Source: an uncultured Candidatus Cloacimonadota bacterium
Lineage (GTDB): Bacteria > Cloacimonadota > Cloacimonadia > Cloacimonadales > TCS61
Direction of reading: 5' to 3'
Assembly: GCA_964604155.1 (NCBI GenBank)
Contig: CAZRXY010000096.1
Span: forward strand, 5,592 to 69,591
DNA: 64,000 bases
A program made the position numbers and the translations under genes. The notes beneath the pieces are model-generated. The model saw only the letters and a list, made by a program, of their open reading frames with translations, did not search any database and was not told where the DNA came from. Within the stretch, counting starts at the first letter, position 1. Each line of letters starts with the position of its first letter. This document shows, piece after piece, positions 34,829-42,470 of this stretch.

Positions 34829-35746
34829 TTACTTTCTGGGATGGTATAACCTGTGTTCTTTGATTATGAAAGATTTATCGATATTTGCATAAATCTGAGT
34901 AGTATTAATGCTCACATGACCCAGTAATAATTGGACTATGCGAAGATTTGCTCCAGCTTCCACAAGATGCGTAGCAAAGGAATGCCGGATAGTATGGGGA
35001 CTCACCTTCTTGGAAATCCCGGCAGCTTTTGCCAGTTTATCAATAATTTTCCAGGCTCCCATTCGGGTTAGAGGTTTTCCCAGCCTGTTCAAAAAAAGCG
35101 TGTCATCATGATTAATACCAAGCAGCAAGGGACGATAGTTTTGCATATAATTATGCACGAAAGCCAATGATTTTTCGGCAATGGGCACCACTCGCTGTTT
35201 GCTGCCTTTACCAAAAACACGAACCACTTTCTGATCCCGGTAGATATCATGGATTGTGAGATTTATTGTTTCTGAAACACGTAATCCGCTGGCATACATT
35301 AATTCCAGCATAGCCTTACTGCGAATGTGCAAGGGTGTATCCTGAGGTATGGAGTCCAGCAGCTTAAGCATTTCTCTAAGACTCAGCACATCGGGGATTT
35401 TGTGGTCATAATGAATCGCGGGTATATCAGTGAAATTCAGCTTCAGAGGCACATCTTCTTCAATCATAAATTTCAGTAATGAGCGGATGGCTGAACGCTT
35501 GCGTGCCACACTGCTGGCAGCAAAACCAATTTCCTGCAAAGTGGCAAGGTATTCTATGATATGACCAGATTGCACATCTTCAAGCCAGCAATCCAGATAG
35601 TGGATAAATTCCTGACAATCCTGAAAATAAGAATAGACCGTATTCTCTGAAAGCCCCTGTTCTGATTCGAGATAAAATTTATAATTGTTGAGCCAACCCC
35701 TGTTATGATGTCCCTGAGAAGAATTACTTTCCTTCTTCCTCGTCAT
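34829..35746 (-). CDS. xerD: Tyrosine recombinase XerD/XerC-like
   Basis: The N-terminal SAM-like domain (GLSENTVYSYFQDCQEFIHYL) and the catalytic domain ASGLRVSETINL...GKGSKQRVVPI...PHTIRHSFATHLVEAGANLRIVQLLLGHVSINTTQIYANI give the R-K-H-R-H-Y pattern. The ATG at 35746 is preceded by GAGG, while the track start at 35773 is TTG. Confidence 0.87.
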   Translation of the reverse strand: MTRKKESNSSQGHHNRGWLNNYKFYLESEQGLSENTVYSYFQDCQEFIHYLDCWLEDVQSGHIIEYLATLQEIGFAASSVARKRSAIRSLLKFMIEEDVPLKLNFTDIPAIHYDHKIPDVLSLREMLKLLDSIPQDTPLHIRSKAMLELMYASGLRVSETINLTIHDIYRDQKVVRVFGKGSKQRVVPIAEKSLAFVHNYMQNYRPLLLGINHDDTLFLNRLGKPLTRMGAWKIIDKLAKAAGISKKVSPHTIRHSFATHLVEAGANLRIVQLLLGHVSINTTQIYANIDKSFIIKEHRLYHPRK

Positions 35747-35951
35747 CCAATACCTCAAATTCTGCATCCTCAATTGTGTCGGATTTACTCTTATCCACCT
35801 TTCTGGAACTGCTGCGGAACATAATTATTAGTATTACAGGAATAGTTATAAACCAGAATTTCACGGCTGCCACCAGGATAAAGGAAGCAAACCTGATGAT
35901 CAATACCAATATAAGTATGATCGTTATAAATACCCAGAATGAATTTCTCAT
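35724..35951 (-). CDS. Small membrane protein with acidic C-terminal tail
   Basis: 75 aa, with two hydrophobic helices followed by SSSRKVDKSKSDTIEDAEFEVLDDEEEGK. Tightly packed in the operon, 4 nt after the TPR gene stop. Confidence 0.5.
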   Translation of the reverse strand: MRNSFWVFITIILILVLIIRFASFILVAAVKFWFITIPVILIIMFRSSSRKVDKSKSDTIEDAEFEVLDDEEEGK

Positions 35952-35955
35952 ATTC

Positions 35956-37728
35956 TCACCTTCCTTCCCGCAATCTGTTCAACTCATTTCTAAAACGTGG
36001 TGCAAATATCGATTGCGGATTTTCTTTCAGAAAATCTGTGATCAATTCCTGCCTGGTGCTGTCAGACACACTATTTTCCATAATCTGTAGATGGGCATAC
36101 TCGGTAAGTAAATCGCTCTCATAATCCTTTTGCCACCAGATGAGGGAGCTTGCCAGGTTGTTTTCTTTCTGCCACTCGGCTGCCAGTAATTTTATCTCAT
36201 CATTTCCTGAAATTTCAAAGATCTCACTTAAAATTTCCACAGCTCTTTCAGTTTTGAACAAGCCTTTCAATCGCCAGGCTTCAAAAAGCCTGTCGTGATG
36301 TTCTGAAGGCAAACTGGCTGTTATCTGCGTAAGATACAATGCTTGCGTGGTAAGAGGACTGTCTGGCAGATTGAGGATCAACTCTCCTAAAAGACTGTCT
36401 GCCCTTGTATCTTTTTGCATCAGGGCTATCTGCCAGGTGTAATAGATGCTTTGCTTATAAATACTTGTTCCGGGAGATTCAGAAACCATAAGTTCCGATA
36501 ATTGTGCACCAGCTTCATCCAACTCTCCGGTTTTGATGCGATAATCTATCACACTGAATTCTATTTCCTTCTTTTCCATGGCATTCAGAGTGTATTGTGC
36601 AGCTTCCTGAAGATATTTTATCACAATCTCTGAGGGCTTATCCTGCCGGATTGCCAGCTCTGACAGCAGGAGTCTTGATTGCTTGGCAGATTGAGAACGA
36701 TAACGGTACTTACCCGTGTGCAGTTCTTCAGTATTATATACCTGCCAGAGCTCAGCTTCCGCTTCTTCATATTCATCAAGCTCCAGATAAATTTCCGCTT
36801 TTGATATCCGGGCTTCCGCCTTCAAATCAGGCTCCTTGACATCGTTCTCATACTGATCAAAGCCACGCAGGGCAATTTCATAATTGCTCATTTTTTTCAG
36901 TTCTTCTGCAAAATTTAATAGTTTGATGCTATCCAGGTTTCTGTATTGCTGCAGAGCTGCATCATAATCTTCTATATATGCCAGGCTCAAGGCATAAACT
37001 TCTATAATCTCCTGATTATCACTCAGTTCCCTTACCTTTTTAATTGTATTTATCACAGAAGCATCTCTATGAAGAATCCCTTTTAGATTATTCATCACAT
37101 AGTGCAGATAGTTTTTATTACGCTCCAGATGCTTGAGATATTCTCTCGCTGCCTTGTGGCTTTCTTCCTGGCTCTGATACACTCTTGCCAGATCGAGGGT
37201 AAATAAATATTTATCATCAGTCAATTTTCTGGCTTCTTCCAAAATCTCCCCCGCCTTTTCATATTCTCTACTGCCACTGAATAATCTCGATAATTCCAGA
37301 TAGATATTTACGTTTGTCTTATTGTTTTGCAGATACTCGTCAGATAACTTAAAGGCTGTGCGGGTGTCTCCATCTCTTATCAGAAGCGGAATTTTTAGTC
37401 TCAGATAATTTTGTTGCGGGAATATCTCCTTTTTCTCTTCCAGCAATTTTCCCGCAGCTTCAAATCTGGAGACACGCGTGAGATTTGTTATCAGATCCTG
37501 TACAATTTCCCAGTCTTCGGGATATTTTTCCATCAATTCACGATAGATTTGATTAGCCTTTTCATAGTCCCGCCGAGTTGTTAACCGCTCAGCCTGCTTC
37601 TTCATAATCTCTTTTTCGTTGTATCTGTTTTCCGGTGCCGGGTTTCCCTCTCGTGAGATGCTCTGGAATTGCTGACCAGATAGAACCACTGCGGCAATCA
37701 CAACTATAAATACTAATACCTTTTTCAT
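35956..37728 (-). CDS. Secreted TPR-repeat protein
   Basis: Signal peptide MKKVLVFIVVIAAVVLSG. Repeated 34-aa helical-hairpin pattern throughout (YEKANQIYRELMEKYPEDWE..., YEKAGEILEEARKL..., YDAALQQYRNL...). Confidence 0.78.
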   Translation of the reverse strand: MKKVLVFIVVIAAVVLSGQQFQSISREGNPAPENRYNEKEIMKKQAERLTTRRDYEKANQIYRELMEKYPEDWEIVQDLITNLTRVSRFEAAGKLLEEKKEIFPQQNYLRLKIPLLIRDGDTRTAFKLSDEYLQNNKTNVNIYLELSRLFSGSREYEKAGEILEEARKLTDDKYLFTLDLARVYQSQEESHKAAREYLKHLERNKNYLHYVMNNLKGILHRDASVINTIKKVRELSDNQEIIEVYALSLAYIEDYDAALQQYRNLDSIKLLNFAEELKKMSNYEIALRGFDQYENDVKEPDLKAEARISKAEIYLELDEYEEAEAELWQVYNTEELHTGKYRYRSQSAKQSRLLLSELAIRQDKPSEIVIKYLQEAAQYTLNAMEKKEIEFSVIDYRIKTGELDEAGAQLSELMVSESPGTSIYKQSIYYTWQIALMQKDTRADSLLGELILNLPDSPLTTQALYLTQITASLPSEHHDRLFEAWRLKGLFKTERAVEILSEIFEISGNDEIKLLAAEWQKENNLASSLIWWQKDYESDLLTEYAHLQIMENSVSDSTRQELITDFLKENPQSIFAPRFRNELNRLREGR

Positions 37729-37749
37729 TATTCTCCCAAATTATATTGC

Positions 37750-40700
37750 TTATTCATTAAGCCTTTTAAGGTATTCGCGGATCAGTTCCTGATACTCCGG
37801 CGGATAATCCTGATAATTCTCTTCCAAAAGAGCTTTCTGCCTGAGCTTATCAAATTTCTGCTTGATCTCCTCCGGCGTATCCCAATCCAGAAACTCACTG
37901 CTCTCTGATTTTCTTTGTTTACTGATATCTCGTTTATGGATAGATTTCTGGGCGTCCAGCAATCGTGATAGTATCCGCTCCTGGGTATCCAGTAAATCCT
38001 GAGTGATCCTGCCCTGTTTCAGGTTGCGGGAAATTGCTTCCAAATCCTCGATCATCTGATTGATTGCCCCCGTCTGTTTTTGAGCCTCCTGATCATTTTG
38101 CAGCATCCTTCTCAGATTGTCCGCCAGCCGCTGCTCCTCACCCGCCAGTCTCTGCATCTCTTCTCGCATCTGCTGGCTGGGTTTGCCCGTCTCCATCATT
38201 TGCTGATAGATTTGCTGCGTCATCATGTTCATCATCATCTGCTCTTCACTCATCTGCTGCAATTGCTGCATCAATGATTGCATACCACCACCTCCACCAC
38301 CCTGCTGCATGTTCTGGCTGCTCTGCATCAGATCATAGATCACCAGATTGATCCCCTTCTGAATGTCGCCCAGATAACCGGAAACACCCGTACTCTTGGC
38401 ATCATTTATATACTGGAATAATTCCCGGAAAGTAGTCATAGTATAATTTACATCATAAACAAATTTAGGTCCCAAAGCCAATACTATCATCGGCACAGAG
38501 TATAGTTTCTGCAGCGTGAGATTGATCCCTTCCTGCTCAGAAATAAGATCCGCCAAAATTACAAAGGGATCGCGGGAATAACGCTCCTGCACTTTCTGAT
38601 GATCCATACTCATAAATATAAAACTGCGTATGGCATCATCAAGAGCTTCCCCCATTGCCATTGAACCCATCATACTCATCATAGAGCTCATGTTCTCTAA
38701 TTGTGACCGCAGCTTTTGCATCTTGCTCATCGCACCTTGCTGAGATTGCTGGGCTTCCGTCATCTCCTGTGCCTGCAATTGCTCACTGGCACTATCTATA
38801 TCACTGCTCAAGCTGTCCATCATCCCAGATTCCATCAAGCTTTGCATCTGCTCACTGATCTTGCTGTCCTTTTTAGGATCAAGCATTCCCGCTGCTTCCT
38901 CCATCTGCTGCTGCAATTCCTCCAGCTTTTTCTGCTGGGCTGACTGCTCCTCTGCCAGTCTCTCACTGCTTTCACTGCCCTCTGCCGTACGCTCGTTAAG
39001 ATCACCTTGCATCTTCTCCATCTCTTCTGCTATCTGCAAGGCTTTCTGCATCGTCTGCTCCTTCTTGATGTCTTCCAGTAATTGTAAAGTCTGATCTATC
39101 TGCTGCGCAAAATCCTCCATCGAGAATTTCATGTTCTCCATAGCTTTCTGCATCACCTCCGGATCCATATTCTCCATCGCTTTCGCCAGTTCTTCCATCG
39201 CCAGCTTCATCTCATCACTGGAAATTTCTGACATCAGTTCCTGAATCCGCTGCATCTTTTCCAGAGTCTCCTGGGATAATGCCTGATTATTCTGCATCTT
39301 ATTAACCATATCCTGAAAACTCTCAGACATATTTTCTACATTCTCTGATAGCTCTTCCTGCTTCTGTAGAAGATTCTCCAGGTCCTTCTTGTCCTCCCAG
39401 TCATACTCTTCCTTCTTCATCAGTTCGCGACGCTTTTCCTCAAACTCCTTCCGCAATTCCTCGCTTTCAGAAGATAACTTTTCAAGAAATTCTGATTTTG
39501 AACGCTCTTCAGCCTCTATTTCCTGATATATCTCTGATATTGATGGAAATCTGGCTACATACTGCTCTGATCGTGAAGTCTGACCCCAGGGTGTAGTATC
39601 CGTTACTTCCAGCCAGTAATTTACCCTGTCTCCAGGGATCAGCCAGATATCTCTTAGACTAAAGAGATATTCCAGCTCCAGGGCACTGCCGGATATTTCT
39701 GACTGGATCATCACGCTGTCTGCTGCTTCATTATTTATATGATACTTGAGTTGCAATCTCTTAAGCCCGTAATCATCAAGAGCACGCAAGGTTATTGGCA
39801 ATAGCATATTCTGATCTAAAAGTGTGTCTTTACCCGGTGAAATTATGCTGATCTCCGGAAAGGCATCCGCTACCGAGGTTATTGTCTTCTCTACCCGCTC
39901 ATTCTTATTCCCCAGAAAATCCTGCAGATTGATATGATATGAACCGCTTGATTCTAATACAAATTCTTTGCTGAAATCACTCTTGCCAAGCCGCTCCATA
40001 TGATAAAATTCACCATCGCTAAAGACCATATGTGCCGTATCCACCGGATTATTAGCAGATATGGACAGCGTGATATTGGTGCCTCTAAGTGCCTTAAGGT
40101 GTCCACTCGCCTGAGTGACTAATTCACCCGGTATGCCCGTATACGACGGATAATCATATTTCACGGTGTATTCCCTGACTATCGGCAATTCATATATTTC
40201 CACTCTAAAGGTGTCACTCACGGCATAGGGCGTTTGCACGTAATAATCAAAGGAAAAATCCAGATTGCTGAACTTTTTTATGTTTTCATAAAGAACTTCT
40301 TCCCGCCACACTTTTTCCTGCCTCCATAAAAGCCTATGCTCTATATGCTCTTCGGCATTCAACACTTCCACAGCAAGATCGCTGCCACGCGTAAGCGAGA
40401 TATTACCCGGCTCTAATTCCACGAATTGCTTATGCTGCTCCTCAGGAAGCCGCATCTGTCTAAAATAATCAAATGACCGATAAAAACCTGCTCCATCGAT
40501 TATCAGAATCATGACTGTTGCAAAAAAAATGCCAACCGCAAGCTGAAGAACCTGCCTAAAAGGTTCTGTGTCACTCTTGATCTCCTGCACCTCTGCTCTT
40601 TTGTCTGCACGAGACAAAACCAGCTCTATAAGCTCTCCCTGCTCCGGCTCCAAATGATACAATTCCCAGGCATTTTGATAGGTGTCATACCGGTCTTCGT

Positions 40701-40971
40701 TATGTATATCCAATAGCCTCGCAGATTGCCTGTCGTTAAGAAGTGCCTGCAGGCAATGCACACAGATGTATAATAAACCCAGGACCAAGCCGATCTTAAG
40801 TGTTACTGCCAGATAAAATTCCGGTAATCTCCCCAGATCAAAGTGAGATAATCCCCAGAATAAAACCTGAACCACTACAATCAGACTTATACCCAAAACC
40901 AGGCTGCGCCCCGTTGTTACTATATTCTGCTTGTTTCGCAGTTCCTTTATTTTCGCTTCAAACTTTCGCAT
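37750..40971 (-). CDS. Large membrane-anchored protein with beta-rich ectodomain and long Glu/Lys/Gln/Met-rich coiled-coil / low-complexity region (DUF4175-like, unverified)
   Basis: Three N-terminal TM helices and a beta-rich region of ~300 aa. This is followed by ~500 aa of heptad-like EK/Q/M sequence, including MSSMMSMMGSMAMGE and GGGGGGMQSLMQQLQQMSEEQMMMNMMTQQIYQQMM. Confidence 0.72.
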   Translation of the reverse strand: MRKFEAKIKELRNKQNIVTTGRSLVLGISLIVVVQVLFWGLSHFDLGRLPEFYLAVTLKIGLVLGLLYICVHCLQALLNDRQSARLLDIHNEDRYDTYQNAWELYHLEPEQGELIELVLSRADKRAEVQEIKSDTEPFRQVLQLAVGIFFATVMILIIDGAGFYRSFDYFRQMRLPEEQHKQFVELEPGNISLTRGSDLAVEVLNAEEHIEHRLLWRQEKVWREEVLYENIKKFSNLDFSFDYYVQTPYAVSDTFRVEIYELPIVREYTVKYDYPSYTGIPGELVTQASGHLKALRGTNITLSISANNPVDTAHMVFSDGEFYHMERLGKSDFSKEFVLESSGSYHINLQDFLGNKNERVEKTITSVADAFPEISIISPGKDTLLDQNMLLPITLRALDDYGLKRLQLKYHINNEAADSVMIQSEISGSALELEYLFSLRDIWLIPGDRVNYWLEVTDTTPWGQTSRSEQYVARFPSISEIYQEIEAEERSKSEFLEKLSSESEELRKEFEEKRRELMKKEEYDWEDKKDLENLLQKQEELSENVENMSESFQDMVNKMQNNQALSQETLEKMQRIQELMSEISSDEMKLAMEELAKAMENMDPEVMQKAMENMKFSMEDFAQQIDQTLQLLEDIKKEQTMQKALQIAEEMEKMQGDLNERTAEGSESSERLAEEQSAQQKKLEELQQQMEEAAGMLDPKKDSKISEQMQSLMESGMMDSLSSDIDSASEQLQAQEMTEAQQSQQGAMSKMQKLRSQLENMSSMMSMMGSMAMGEALDDAIRSFIFMSMDHQKVQERYSRDPFVILADLISEQEGINLTLQKLYSVPMIVLALGPKFVYDVNYTMTTFRELFQYINDAKSTGVSGYLGDIQKGINLVIYDLMQSSQNMQQGGGGGGMQSLMQQLQQMSEEQMMMNMMTQQIYQQMMETGKPSQQMREEMQRLAGEEQRLADNLRRMLQNDQEAQKQTGAINQMIEDLEAISRNLKQGRITQDLLDTQERILSRLLDAQKSIHKRDISKQRKSESSEFLDWDTPEEIKQKFDKLRQKALLEENYQDYPPEYQELIREYLKRLNE

Positions 40972-40977
40972 TATTTC

Positions 40978-42231
40978 CTATTTCTTGTATTTTTCCTGCC
41001 ATTCTATCTCCGGTGCCGCATAAGTTAGATTCCAGATGTATTTCTCTATCTTCTCACGCAAACTGATATCTATTTCCCGGTCTATCGGATACACCAGAGC
41101 ATTATTGATCCGCTCTAAAAGATGGATCGCTACCTCTATACAACTTTTGTAGCCCCCCGGAGTTACATTTTTATAATTATCTCCCGATGTGTGGATCATA
41201 CGCGATGCCTTACCACCATATCTTGCCAGGTTTACCGAGGGAAATTCATATACACTAAAGGGCATACAATCACTGCTATAAATATCTAAACGCGGCTGGA
41301 ACATATAACCGCTCTCCCTGATCAAGCCATCTATATAACCCATTAATTGATTCGTGCCTATCACCGCCACGCCATCCATGCCCATGGCATCTCCACTCAC
41401 ATCTATATTGAGCATCATGCCCAGCCTCTCCTTCAGCTCATCCAGATGTCCCTTTACATATGCCTGACTCCCAAGCAATCCCAGCTCCTCTCCACCAAAA
41501 AATACCAGTCGTAAATCCCTTTCTAACTTTTTACTCCTAAAATACTCCGCTATCTTCAGTAAGGTGATTATTCCACCACCATTATCGCTGGCTCCGGGAC
41601 TGTGCGCCACGCTGTCCAGATGACCTCCCGCCAAAGTAAGTGTATCATCAAGTCCCCTCCCAGGAATATCCACAATTATATTATGACCCTTACTCTTTCT
41701 TACGCTTTGCTCTATCTTTAGATTTATCACTGAACCGCACTGTTTCTTTAGTTTTATCCCCGTTTCATGATCTATTGTCACAGAATGCACATAACCGCTC
41801 TGGTAAGTAGATTGTCGGTGACTGAGGCTCGTGGCATTGCGATAGGGCGATCCCACTCCTATATACCCTGCCACTTTCTGCTCTCTCAGGATCAATGCTG
41901 AACCCCTCGTGAAGCTGTTATTCATCACGATCTTGCCCCTGTAAGCTCCACGATTCTGCTGCACCTGCTCTATCCTGTCCACCCATACTAATTCACCACT
42001 TATATCACAGGAATCATTCAAACCGTAAGGTGTTGCCTGATACTCACGCTCCCCTGAACGTATCACTCCCAAACCGGGATCAAAAGTGTATAACTCAAAC
42101 TCCTCCAAAACAGGCTCCCAACCCAGACCACCTAAATACCCGCAAATTATCCCGATTGCTTTCTCTTCTCCTGATGTACCACTTAAACGAACAAAATCCA
42201 ATTCCCGGATCACTTTCATTGGACTAAGCAT
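40978..42231 (-). CDS. M28-family aminopeptidase
   Basis: GGHLDSVAHSPGASDNGGGIITLLKIAEYF and LVFFGGEELGLLGSQAYV metal-ligand motifs. The ATG at 42231 is preceded by GGAGGAAATAT, although the track ORF extends to 42291. Confidence 0.85.
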   Translation of the reverse strand: MLSPMKVIRELDFVRLSGTSGEEKAIGIICGYLGGLGWEPVLEEFELYTFDPGLGVIRSGEREYQATPYGLNDSCDISGELVWVDRIEQVQQNRGAYRGKIVMNNSFTRGSALILREQKVAGYIGVGSPYRNATSLSHRQSTYQSGYVHSVTIDHETGIKLKKQCGSVINLKIEQSVRKSKGHNIIVDIPGRGLDDTLTLAGGHLDSVAHSPGASDNGGGIITLLKIAEYFRSKKLERDLRLVFFGGEELGLLGSQAYVKGHLDELKERLGMMLNIDVSGDAMGMDGVAVIGTNQLMGYIDGLIRESGYMFQPRLDIYSSDCMPFSVYEFPSVNLARYGGKASRMIHTSGDNYKNVTPGGYKSCIEVAIHLLERINNALVYPIDREIDISLREKIEKYIWNLTYAAPEIEWQEKYKK

Positions 42232-42362
42232 ATATTTCCTCCAATTTCCTTTAACTTTTCGTCCTTTTATTCTCAGATAATATATTGTCAAGAATTCATC
42301 TCTGATAAACCGGTATTTCTCTCTCGCTAAAGTGCCACCCTTGTAGAATTATTAACTTTTAC

Positions 42363-42391
42363 TTGACGTGATATCCGGCTGATAAATATAA
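42363..42391 (+). promoter_or_regulatory. Candidate sigma70-like promoter for the sensor-kinase cluster
   Basis: TTGACG (42363-42368), a 17-nt spacer, then ATATAA, ~80 nt upstream of the first kinase ORF. Divergent from the M28 gene. Confidence 0.3.
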
Positions 42392-42470
42392 ATAGACTAG
42401 GTGTGTGGTATCGATAAAGCTCCAAGGAAAAGGAAGATATAAAAATGAATTTTGTATTTGTTTTCTATAA

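Noticed and set aside
34537-35773. A tyrosine recombinase next to tRNA-Arg as a sign of an integrated genomic island or prophage.
   Set aside because: The recombinase has the full XerD/XerC architecture. It sits at the 5' side of the tRNA, as the last gene of a housekeeping-looking operon. I found no direct repeat of the tRNA 3' end and no phage or mobile genes on either side.
38064-39094. Plus-strand ORFs rich in Leu/His/Ser/Cys opposite the coiled-coil gene (38064..38351, 38080..38277, 38716..38943, 38861..39094).
   Set aside because: They are mirror images of the GAG/CAG/ATG-rich low-complexity coding strand. Such antisense frames stay open by composition alone.
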